64,000 nucleotides of DNA, taken from assembly GCF_009914755.1 (NCBI RefSeq), contig NC_060937.1; one strand, 5' to 3'. Position 1 is the first letter of the stretch; each line of letters begins with the position of its first letter. This stretch comes from the human T2T-CHM13v2.0 reference genome, Homo sapiens. The notes under the pieces were generated by a model. That model searched no databases. It was not told the DNA's origin and saw nothing but the letters and a program-made list of their open reading frames with translations. Positions 29,066-42,738 of the stretch are shown in pieces. The translations under genes and the position numbers were made by a program.

Positions 29066-30329
29066 GTTACCATGCAGAAGCTGACACAAACTGCCGTTTT
29101 TCTTGCTATTAGTACTGAAAAACTGCCGAATCTGCAAAAGTATTTAATGAAAACACAAACAACTGGTCAATTTTAAAATGTATTTATGTATATACAGATA
29201 CAGAAGATACAAAATGAAGTAAAATAAAACTTGGGAAAGTAAAATATTCAGAAAAAGCCTAACTTTAAAATAGAAAAACATAAAATCTCTAAAGACTAAT
29301 ACCCCTCATTTAAAAACAAACACAATTATCCCATTGGCTATTTTAGCTCTCCTGGGTTGAATCTTATGCTAGGGAAACAGAAAGCCAAACTGTCCCACTG
29401 TGACCTGTGAAACCCTGAAAAATAATTGGTTCTCTAATCAAAAAGAAAAGAAGATTAAAGGAGAAAGAAGAGCCCTGCTTCAGGAAGAATGAGTCTAAGG
29501 TAATATGATGATAGAAGAGTGGACTGGAAAATGACTAAGCCAACAATTAAATTAAAATAAATTGCTTATTTTGTGTGAAATGTCGCTGCAATAGATCTTT
29601 TGATAAATGTGATTTCCCTCAGTGATAAAATTTTTCCAATTAAAATAAACTTTATATACTGTATTTTTAATTATCCATTTAAATATGCAATTATAATAAC
29701 ATATATTTTCCATGTTGTGATAAAATTATATATATTCATATCCATTATTAGGTCTGCGTAACATTTGAACTAGGAAAAGGTCTCTATTGCCAGAGTCTCT
29801 ATCACATGAACAGAAATATTCAAGTAAAAATATGTTGTGAAACATCATAAAACAAGAGTAACAATCTGTGTTTTAAAATAAAAACTTTAAGATAAGGAAA
29901 CTTAGTTTATCAACAGGCAATGTAGACATTGTTATCTTTTAAAAGTTAATAATGTATAAATCTTTTCTCTAGATTAGAACTAGTTTCTCTTTCAATCTTA
30001 AATAGTAGTGAGAGTCACAAAAAATGTTTTTAAATGCCAATGGCTCTTTAGGTTTATAGAAAGTATTTCCAGGTTTAAAAACATATATGAAATAAAAACA
30101 TATATAATTTAATTATTTCCCAGAAAAAAATGAAGTTAGTAGTATATATTGTAAACTGCAAAATATATAATACACTATGATACTTGATGCACATTAATTA
30201 AATATAATATTTTGAAAAGGAAGGGGAAAAAATCTTTCCTGGTACTTAAGAAAACACAATATAAGAATTTTTCCTAAAAATCTAGAAAGGCATTTTTGGC
30301 TGTGGTGACAAAAACATATGTTAATGTGA

Positions 30330-30682
<353 letters not shown>

Positions 30683-30849
30683 TGAATAGAATAAATGATT
30701 TAAGAAGTTGAGTCAAAATGCCCCAGGACTCCTAAAATGGCCTTCCTATAAAAGGAATGCAAGCTAAAAGAAAGTGACATAACACAAATATGTTCATTTA
30801 ACTGTGAAATAAGAAATTTTATGGCATAGAGTTGTTCCACAGCCTCTGC

Positions 30850-31342
30850 TGCCAAAGATATCAATGCCCTAATTTCTGGACCCAGTGGATATTTTACCCC
30901 ACATGGAAAAAAGGAACTTTGCACATGTGATCAAGGTTAAGGATTCTGAGATGGGGAAGAGCAGAATGGATTACCCAGGTGGGCCCAATTTAAGCCCGTG
31001 TGAGTCTTTAAAAGAACCTTTTGTAACTTAGGTCAGAGTTAGAGAAGGAGATGGAATCATGGAAGCCAGGCGAGAGAGATCTAACAAAATGACTTGCTCG
31101 GCTATTGCTGGCTTTGATGATACAGGAAGGAGGCCACAAGCTGAGGAATGTGGGTGGCCTCTAGCGACTGGAAAAGGCAAGGAAACACATTCTTCTCCAG
31201 AGCATCAAGAACATGGTCCTGTTGATTTTAGATTAGTGAGACCCATACTGGACTTATATAGAATTAGAAGATGATAAATTTGCATTTCTAAAGCTGCTAA
31301 ATCTGTAGTAATGTGTTATAGCAGCAATAGAAAACTAATACA
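30850..31342 (+). mobile_element. MLT1 (MLT1D/E-like) MaLR LTR
   Basis: Contains CTGGAAAAGGCAAGGAAAC and ends GCAGCAATAGAAAACTAATACA. The 5' boundary is approximate. Confidence 0.8.
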
Positions 31343-32724
31343 AAGGCCATTTGTGAGCATAATGATTCTTCCTGTCTCTAGCTAAGCTAAGCTGAAATTG
31401 AAGGGAAAACTAGGAAAAATAGATGAGAAGCTAACCTAGAGTTCTCACATCACTGGGATATTGAATTAACCAATTCTAGGACCACCAACCACCAGACTTC
31501 TTGTTTTAATCATTCCCTGCAGGCAAATTTCCTCAATGATTCACAAGACAAGACTGATTTATATACACTAATACAGAATGTAAAATTCTAAGGTTTTTTT
31601 CCAATCACAGATTTGGGGGGCTATAAGTCATATTCTGAGTTGAATAATTTTCACTTCAAGAGTTCTGTCCTCCTCATCTATTACCTGTGAAGCTAGTAGG
31701 GAAGTATAAATATTCACTTTCATTTAAGCTAAAAACTAAAGACATTTCTTTATGTGTTTCCTTAATAATTTGTCACCAGTTTAGGAAACAAGTATTTAGT
31801 TGAACCGTGTGAAGGTTGCGATTGTCAAAATGGTATAATGGCATATAGTTCACTCAACTAATTTCTATTAGCTTGCACCACACAAATGGAGGAGAAAAAA
31901 AGGAGTAATCCATTCCTAAAAAATTATCACTCTTCCAAACCTTCTGCTAGCAATCTATGAAACTAAAAACATTAAGAGTTATCACGCCTCCTGCAAACCC
32001 TTGGGAGAATTTAGCCATACGCTTTATCTGGCACTCTTATTTGCCTATCAAATAAAGGCTCTCTATGCCTTAATTCAACCCAGTTCCATAATTATATTGA
32101 GCCATCTCTACCATCCTCACTAATCTCTGAAAATGTAAATAACTGTCAAAAATAATGAATTATTAGCAAAAACAAGTAATATTTTATGAGACTGAATGAG
32201 CTTTTCAAGATCACCCCCAAAGTCACCAGTTCTATGCTCTAAAACTGAATCACAACAAGAAAAGCAGTTTAGAATCTCAGCTTTCAAATCTCAAAATTAC
32301 AAATATTATTAGGCCCCAGTCCCATAAATGAGTCATCAACTGAAAGGAAAAAAGTCATGGAAAAAAAAAATCAGCAAATAAAAACGAGCTTTATATTTAT
32401 TCCTGATTCAACAAATCCCTGTCTCGAGAAACTTAATGAAGCACTTGACGTTTAAGACATACATAAAAATGAAACTAGATATACAGAATAATCTATTATT
32501 ATTTTCTAAAGTTAATGGTATGAACTAGTGTTACAGTAGTCTCCATAAGTGGCTATTAACATAGGTCAGTTAACACAGTAGTTTCATGATTTAGAAAGTT
32601 TCACTTGAAAGCAAGGCTACAGTGAACATAGGCCATTTAACTTGTTACATTGTGGAAGATTCAGAGATGATACACAAAACTTTACAAGTTGAAATGAGTT
32701 CTGTATTCTCAACATTTAAGTTCA

Positions 32725-32885
32725 GCTAACATTTCCTGAGCAACTACAATGAGCTGGGCACTGCAAAAGATGCTTTACAATATGCATTATATAATCCTCA
32801 CAATAACCTCATGATATGGGTATTATGTCCCCCATTTTATAGAGGAAAGAAACTACGCTGTAAAAGCCAGGGTCACACACTTGTA
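32725..32885. mobile_element. MIR; others near 14.8, 19.6, 33.2 and 62.0 kb
   Basis: Core ATCCTCACAATAACC...CCCCATTTTATAGAGGAAAGAAACT. Confidence 0.65.
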
Positions 32886-33693
32886 GGGTGGACTCCACAA
32901 CATCCCTCACTTCGCGTGTATATTACACAGCATGGTGTTAGTATTTACAGCTCAAATACTTACAGAAGTGAATAGAGGTACGAAATGATGAAAGATGGTT
33001 TTAATAAAAAATGGCAAGTTTTTAAAGCCTTTAATATACATTGTGGAATGAGGGTGAACTGCTGTGGGGCAGTGGTAAGGTGGCAGAAGATGAGAGGAAA
33101 ATTATTTTAAATCAATGCAGAGCACTTTAAATAAAACATAATAGGATTTCTTTTAATCAGAGAAGCAGCATGGCATAGCACAAAGAGCAATGGCTTTAGA
33201 CTCGGATCTGTATTCCATTCAGAGGGGCTGCTTCTTTTAGCTGAAATTCACCGAAGAATGTAACTTTCTTATATATAAATGTATACAATATCTGCCTTGA
33301 TTCTTTCACATAAATGTTTCTGGGAGCAAATAAAGTAACATAAGCAAACATTTGACTAGTAAAAAATACATCAATAATATGTTGTTTTATTATTATCTAA
33401 TTAATGAGTTTCATATTTTGTCCAGATTTGACCTAAGTATACTTTTATTAATAAATGCATCAGAGTAGTCTGCTAAAGTGAGATTCAAAAATGGACAGTC
33501 TGATGTTGAAACTGCCTTAAAACATTATTCTAAGTTGGATGAAATATTTCATTACATGTATTGGTTCTTTGAATTAAAAAAAAGAAAAAAAGGCAATATA
33601 AATTTAAATAGGCAGCAGTTAAGCTGAGGCTCAGGCCCAGGTCTTTGATGTTACTTCACTCTCACCACTGCACAAATGAGAGAGTCTAAATTA

Positions 33694-34565
33694 ATTCTTA
33701 ACCTTTTTTGCCAAAGACCCCATTGACAGTCAAAGAAGTGGACCCTTTCTCAAAATAGTATTTTTAAATGCATAAACAAAAATACATAGGATTTCAAAGG
33801 AAGTAAATTATACTTGAATGCAGCTATCAAAATGCATTAAACAGCAGTTTATGAAATAGTAATACACATGTGAGGAAGCAATGTAGATGTGCTGCTCAGA
33901 TCTCCATTTAGGAAGAACTTTCCATTCAGCCGCAAGGAGTGCATTTAGCTGACAGGCTTCAAGTTGTTAGCACCTTTAGAATCCTCCTTAGCTTTTGAGT
34001 CCAGGCCACACTCCTCCTGGGCAGCCCCCAGCCAATGGCTGAGCCTGGCACAAGTAGTAAGGACTGCCATTAGGACCCAACGAGGGACTCCCCTCACAGG
34101 CATCATTTGTTCCAGAGCTCCTTCCTGGCTAGACTGGCTGAGAATTTATCAGGTTTACACCATGGTCTAAGGTTTTTCCCGCCCGGTCTTGCATCCTGAC
34201 CCTTAAAAAAAAACACATTTACACTCCAGCATCTCTGTGTCTGCTTCCAGGTGGAAGCAATCAACAAAATCTGCTTCTTTATTAATGAATTAAATAACAA
34301 GATCTAGTTGCAAGTCTAATAACTACCTTAATTTTGAAATACTGATCATTTTAAATGATATTTCAACTTAACTAAAATAATTCTAATGTATTTTGAAAGT
34401 ATATGTGAATTGTACTCATGGAAACTTAATAGGTACTGCTATGTTTGTTACCTATAATTGAAGAAAAAGCTAAATTTCAATTAGAGGTTAAAGTATGTGG
34501 GTTTTTTTTCCTATTCAAGTTCAGACCCCAGAATTCTATTTGCAGACCCCAAGTTAAGAATCCTG
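33694..34565 (+). mobile_element. hAT-Charlie MITE (MER119-like) interrupted by an LTR
   Basis: Termini TTCTTAACC...GTTAAGAATCCTG. The sequence resumes after the insert at about 34270. Confidence 0.7.
33869..34269 (+). mobile_element. ERVL solo LTR16A-like, nested in the MER119-like element
   Basis: Contains GCTCAGATCTCC...GGGCAGCCCCCAGCCAATG...GTCTGCTTCC. Confidence 0.75.
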
Positions 34566-35176
34566 GGATAAAGTGTCTGATTTTGAAACATCCATTCTTT
34601 TAAGATACAGAGATGCACTTAGACAAGTGAAAGCTGTGGTTAACAAAAGGTCTCTAACCTGGCTTACCTACTCAGATGCCAACGCACATGTGAAAGCTTC
34701 TATTAAATGCACAGAATACATTATAAGATCATATGCCCAAATGATTTAACCTTGAGGGACAAGAACAGCTTATCTAAACACATGAATGCATAATCACCTA
34801 AAAATCTAAACTGTGAAATTCAAGATTCTAAAATATATAATAAAGTTATTTTTATACAGATTTTTCTAAGAATATACTATACTGTTTAACATCAAAATGC
34901 TACATAGAATTTACTACTTACTATATTATACCATTTATTTGCTATACTATTTATTTAATACCAAATTGCTATATAGCATTTAATCTAGCAAGAAGTCCTC
35001 TGTATCTACTTCTGACTCTCCTATCTTGACCCTATTCTCTTCCTGTGTTCCAAGGATGGTATCAGGTTACCATTCTAACTCTAGGTGATTCCATCTCTTC
35101 TAGCCAGGCAAACAGTGTATGTAATGGGGGGGAGGGGAAGGGGGAGAACAGGTAAATGAATAGCTAGATTTACAAA

Positions 35177-35379
<203 letters not shown>

Positions 35380-35901
35380 TAGTGCATTCAGAAGGATAAG
35401 CCTCATTTAAATTTCCAGGTGAATAATAACAAGCACTAATTTGAGCCAGAGTCTTGAATGACAGAACATGATGCAGACAAGGCAAAGAACTGCCTAAAAT
35501 AGGGAAGTGAACTTTAAGCAATCGGAGGGCAACTGGAATTGCCCTGGTGAAATGGAGAGTAAGGCAGAAGACAGAGAAAATGGAAGATAAATTCTGAGAC
35601 AAAAGGTGTGAGATAACAACAATGAAATGTAACAACTTTATAATTTTGTTAAGGGATGATAGCTACGGACACACCACTAAGAACTTACTACCAAGATTAA
35701 AATATCAAGGTCAACTTGTAATATGGAAAAGCAACAGTATCCTCCAATCTACCATTCGTCAAGTGACTCCAGTCAAATCCATTACCCTAGTATCTTTCCT
35801 TTCTCCAGTAGAAGTAGGAAAGGAGAAAAAAGAAGGAAAAAGCTATGTGTATGTACATACACACACCAATACACATACACCCTAGTTTCCTCTCTTTCTG
35901 T

Positions 35902-35990
35902 TTGTAACATCTGTACAGTATGCAAGAAACATGTCTATTTATAGGGATTCAAAACAGACATGTTTTTTGTATACTGTACAGATGTTACAA
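35902..35990. repeat. Inverted repeat with 39-bp arms (36/39 complementary) and an 11-nt loop
   Basis: TTGTAACATCTGTACAGTATGCAAGAAACATGTCTATTT (35902-35940) pairs with 35952-35990. Confidence 0.95.
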
Positions 35991-38513
35991 TGCATAAATT
36001 TCTACCACACTATACCAAAGATATGCTGTAACTAAGCATTTAACCAAAGCATTAGGTGGACTTGCAAGTCTTCCTTGGCTCCAAGCTAAATAAATCCACT
36101 TTCTTTAGCCTCTGTCTTTAGTTCCCATTTCGCTAAAGCTTTCAAAATAAATTTCCATTTCTTCCGCACCCCAACAGAGAATATACTATAACTGGTAACA
36201 ATAAGATCCTTTAATGGGAAGATAAGATATTCTTGACCCATTTCATAATTTCTTTAAGTCTTTACTACTTTTGAGATTCAGCCACAGACAAGAACCAAAT
36301 GATATGTCCCTAGAGAAATATTTCATTCTCTACTGACTTTCTCCCCAATCTTTCCAAATCAGTATTTGTGAAATATTCTGTTCTTTTCAGGAAACTTTAC
36401 TATCTATAAAACATGTTGCATTTATTTTGGCATCATCTCTTTATTAGCATGCATTACAAAAAAACATATTTCTGTGTGTTCACCTTAATGTAGCCTTGTG
36501 AGGTAGTTTAAAAAATTTTATACACATTTGTTTGTATAGAGGAATAAATTATGTTTCAAACACAATGCAACATCTTGAACACCGCCAAGTTGCTGGGATA
36601 ATCCACGTTTATCACCTACTTCCTCAATTCTTTGTCCACTGAACTATGATGTCAGAAATCTAAGCTTGATTTGTTTTTAAGTGGATAATCCATTAACTGT
36701 TTCCATATGCCATAACTATTCAGTTGAGAAATAATTTATAAACCAATTTATGGGCCCTATCTGGCAAAAATGACACACCTGTTATAAAATATGATTACTT
36801 CAGAAAGCTAACAATTGTGGAACCACATTTTCATAATAAATTAGTCTAAGTGAATTAGACTATTCATATACTTTCAGAAAGCCCTTTAATCCCTATTAAC
36901 AGTTTGTGAATAATGAAAGTAGTTAATATTAATTTTACTTGACAAATCCAACACCAATAACCTGTTAGTATACTCTAATCCATTTTCCAACAGCCTGTAA
37001 AAATTAACCAACAGATGCTTCCAATCTGGTAAAAAAAAAAAAAAAAATACATAGGTCATTAGCATTATTTTGATGATACCAAATGTTCAATATATGAATA
37101 TTATGATTAAATTTCAGAGAGATAGATAAACAATCTTTTTTTATAACCTTGTTAAGTCTTAACAGAAGCTGAATTTAGTAAAATGTCAGTCTTTTCTAAA
37201 ATCAAAATCAGCATTTGTTATTCCACTCCTTGTTATTATGCTTCAACTAAGTACTTGACTGAGTTTCATCAGGAATGTAAAAGCAACATGAGTATGGGAA
37301 GCACACCTGCCTTATTCATGCTGGTATCCCCAATGTCAAGCATGAGGCACAACATGCAATATGCACCCAATAAATAGTTATTGAGTGGAACAGTGGTAGC
37401 CAATAAGAAAAAGTGGAAGGTATGAAAGAGGAGGTATGAGAAAAAGAAAAAACATAATCTGGAAAAGTGCTTATATACATTTCCAGAATAATTTAAAATA
37501 CAGAAAGCTAAGATGTCTCCCAAAAACTTACAACAGAGAGAATCAAGAAAACTGAAGTGAGCTACTTAACAGCAAAATAAAGTGTAAAAGAAAATGATGT
37601 AAGTGAATCAGGAAAAAATTACTGATTTTTCACAGGAAAAGGATTAGAGAGGATTCCTATTCCTCTACAGATATGGCACAAGGTACTTTCCCACAGAAGC
37701 GTTGTTGTAAATGGTCACAAAGATTAGTTTAAAAAGCAGAATAGGTAAGATCTAATTGGAAAAAAAAAAGTAGGAATGTAATAAAAGGCAACAGGAATTA
37801 AGAGGAAAGAGCCAAGCCCTTACCAAGAATATCTTGGTAATATGTAAATGTAGGTAGGGTTGGATAGTATCACAAGAAGCCAGAATTGTTTTGCCATCAG
37901 GAGACCAGGAGAAAAGATCTCAGCTGAGATACACTAAAGATTAAACAAGATAATATGAAGAGAACCCAGCTGAGGCACTGATATATCACGTATGCACAAT
38001 ATCTGATATAGATATTAGCTCCTTTTCCAACTCTAAGTGTATTAGACCTGTAAATCCCAGTAGTCTAAACATTAGAAGTCCTGAAAACCTAAAGTAGTGT
38101 CTACCATAAGAAAAAAGCCCCACTTACTTGACAACAAATAAAGTCTACATGACAGAAAACTTCAAGGATCTCTTTAAATGATTGGATTCAGTTCCTTTGT
38201 TCTTACTACCCAATTTGAATGCTTGGGAAGCACAAAGGATTGGCATCTATCATTTAAATGCCTGGGATGGAATGTCCATCTTTGTAATCAAAGAAATAGC
38301 CTCGGTTCTCAGTCCAAACAGTTACTACTGCAATGAAAAACAGAGATACACCATTTCTCTAAAAAACCCACTATTCTTCAGTAATTACCATCCTTCCCTA
38401 CCTAGTTGTGATGAAAATCAGCCAGCAGCCAATGCCTCTACCTCCTGCACTGGCTTGCGAAAGGGTGGAAAGACAAATGGATTTTCACCTTGGAGTGAAC
38501 AATACATAAGTGA

Positions 38514-38933
<420 letters not shown>

Positions 38934-40879
38934 TGAATGTAACATTTGGACCCAATGCCTCAGCAGCCAGGCCATGAATAAAAGACCACAAGTAGACCTG
39001 TCTACTTGACCAGTCCTGTCTAAGCTCTCTGGACATCTTTCTCTTTCCTTCCTTTCTGATCTTTCCTATTAAATGTCTATATAAAATCCTGTTTCTCTGA
39101 ACGTAGCAATGACTGGCCTTTCCTATAAAATACTCTGAAGTGTTTTACATGTAAATACACATTTTAATTGTCATGTATTCTCCTTGATTGCCAGATGACC
39201 AGTAATGCCAAAAAGCACTCTTAGGACTCCTCAAATAATGCTTTCTAGGAATTATTCTTTAAAATGAAGTCCCAAAAAAATAGTCACCTTTACAGCTCAT
39301 CTCTGCTTACCACTGAGAAATGTTAGCAGGGCTCGGAGTCACAACCCTGGGCTTCCCCACTCTTTGTGTTCCCCCTGGAAATGTCATCTACTGTCACAGA
39401 AAAAAAAGAAAGCAGCATTTGAGTTGAATTGAGACAGAAGGTATCATAGTCCTCTGCCAGCCTCTAAGTCAAGTAAAGAGATTCCAGGCCAAAGGACCAG
39501 CAGTACAAAGGCAGAGAGAGATGGAAATATGGAGTATGCAAAAAATGATCACCTTTTCACCTTAATCTTTCTAACTAGTATTAGATAGAGCAAATACATC
39601 ATTTTTTTATTCAACCTTGAATCTCAAGGCTAAAGTTAGATGACTTAAGAATTTTTTAAAGGTCCAATTATTTCATTTAGGGCTAACATTGCAGCTAAAT
39701 TAAAGACATGCTAACAAGTTTCCCTTTTGAGCCTCATTAATTAAGAAAGTAATCAGAGTAAGGAGAAAAAGAGAGTAGCTGTATGGCAGAATTACTTAAA
39801 TAGTTTTTAGGTACCACCATTTGTACCTACTAGGAAAGCAAAAGGAAAACTAATCAACTCCAGATTATGAAATCTGAAATTCTGAAGTGTTTTACATGTA
39901 AACACAAATTTTAACTGCCATGTATTTTCCTTGATTGCCAGAAGAGTACACTAATCTTATTTGAAGAAAATTTTGATCCTCCATAATCAAAAGGTAAAAT
40001 TAAAATCTTATTCACAAATTTACTAGGGTGAGCTTGCTGAGAAAATTCTCCCTGTGTTCAAAGACCAAAAATATACCATTTTTAATACTTTAGTCAGGAT
40101 AAATGGTACTCAAAAATATCTGTTAACTGTTTTTATCAAATTCTAGAAAACTACCTTAATTTACAATTACCTTTTGGAGAGAGTTTCTAATTTACATTAA
40201 TAATTTCTTAATTTACAATTACCTTTTAGAAAGAGATTCTAATCTTTCAGAAACTCATTCAAAGGAATACTAATACATTTTTAAAATATCTGCCAGCATT
40301 CTTTGGCTGCTGTGCTCAAGTTAAACAGATACATAAAGCATCTAGCATGGTGCCTGGCTAACAGTCAACATTTAGGAAGTCAACTCAACCCTCTACACAA
40401 AGGTCTCTGACCTGTATCCATCCAGTACAATCTCTCCCTGCCACCTCTTCCTTTGTTCTATGAGCCCAGGGATATAGGTGGCATAAGTCTATAGTGAAAA
40501 ATTTCTTTTTGAAAATTAAAAGGTAATGATTGATCTAAGTGTTTTGCACTACAGACCTAAAATGTAAGTTTTATATAATACTTAAAAATTCTGTGTGGAT
40601 ATCAGCCTTGAAATGTAAGTAGCAGGCCCACGAAATTGGATGAAATAAGTTCAATTTTCACTTATGTAATACCTAAACAATTTTTTAAAAATCACACTGC
40701 ACAGGTAAAACCTATCACAAAACATTTTGGAAAATGAATGCCATTGCTTTTAATGAAAAGATCATATAACCTACTCAGATACTTCTCTTTCAAGCTAACT
40801 TTGAAGACATTATAAATCTGATATTTTTATCCCATGTGACTCATAGCAATTAATTAAATTATGTGATAGTCACTGTAAT

Positions 40880-41039
40880 TTTTTTTGGATTATACTTTAA
40901 GTTCTGGGATACATGTGCAGAACATGCAGGTTTGTTACATAGGTATACACATGCCATGGTGGTTTGCTGCACCCATCAACCCGTCATCTACGTTGGGTAT
41001 TTCTCCTAATGCTATATGCTATCCCTCTCCTAGCTCCCC
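40880..41039 (-). mobile_element. 160-bp 3' end of an older L1PA (PA7/PA8-like) with 13-bp target-site duplication
   Basis: Reverse complement matches the L1 3'UTR end. TSD TAGTCACTGTAAT at 40867-40879 and 41040-41052. Confidence 0.9.
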
Positions 41040-41434
41040 TAGTCACTGTAATATTAAAGGGTAGTAAAATTCTAACTACAAGAAAGCACACATTTTGTTT
41101 TTCTATTTTTCAAACTGAAGGACCTTCTCATGCCAAAACTGTCACAGAAAATATCCTCTTTTACAAAAGTCTAATTTATCCCAATGGAATATCTTCAAAA
41201 ATAATATCATATAGAAAATTTAATAATCAAAATTTTATATTAACCTTTTGCATTTTTAAAACAGAATTTACTTTTTAAGCACTTTATTTCATTATACCAT
41301 TTATTTGCCCATTAGGAATGTAAAAATAACATGTACAGGATTCATAAAATAATGTTTTCTGAAAATTGATACATAAAAAGTATATGTTAAAATTCTAAAA
41401 TCAAATTAATAAATAATCAAGATGTTAAACTTAC

Positions 41435-41549
41435 CTTTTTGTTGGCAACAAAATGTATTCTCAAGTTTACAAAGCAAATCCACGTTTTCATACTTATTTT
41501 CATTTACTTTTATCCAGAAACAGTTTTCAGTCATTTCATGAGGTCTGAT
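41435..41549 (-). CDS. DIAPH3: DIAPH3 exon (probably 17), 115 nt; IRPHEMTENCFWIKVNENKYENVDLLCKLENTFCCQQK(E), FH2
   Basis: ttgtag|ATC AGA CCT acceptor and AAA G|GTAAGT donor; phase 0-1. Confidence 0.95.
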
Positions 41550-42267
41550 CTACAATCAGAGAGAAGACTGATTCATCAATAGGTGAGTGTTTCACCTGTC
41601 CCAAGTCAAGCACTATGCATACACTGAGTATCATAGCTGTCAGCAGATATTTATAAAGTCGTATCTGTAAGATTTTTCCCTGAAGTGTGTTCAATAAGAT
41701 ACAAGTTCTGCAGGATGTTAAGGTCTTATTAGGAAGAAAAGGCTTCCATGATCCAATAGTTGAGGATTTGAAATACGATTTAATTAGCTTCTTCTCAATT
41801 GCATTTCTCATAGTCTCTAATAATCTTCACCTGCACTATACATTTTGGTGGGCAGGATACATTATACAGCATTTTCCATGTTTCTGTTACCATGAAACCA
41901 TTTTTCTGCAGGATTCTGAATTCTTAAGATCTGACTAGATATTAGCTTCTGACAACTAGTTAACACTTTCCCAACATCTATCAATAGAGAAAATTTCCTA
42001 AGAACACCATCATTTTTTTTTGAGAAACACTTCATAAACATAGGATTCACTGCAATAATGTTTAATTATCAATTTAATTACAAATCGGATTCCACTGGAA
42101 CAACATCAACTCTCACTGTATTTATAAAGCAGAAAGTCTTAGTCAATATGAAAGGGATTTGTCCCAATACTTTAAAAAAAAAGCTATTTTATTGTCACTT
42201 TGATTAGTGACATTAGAAATTATGTATATATAAATTAAATTATGTAGGCATAAATTAAATCTCATTA

Positions 42268-42738
<471 letters not shown>

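Noticed and set aside
31797-31861. Weak palindrome TTAGTTGA...TCAACTAA
   Set aside because: Most likely a decayed MADE2-like MITE, too degenerate to call or to form a stable hairpin.
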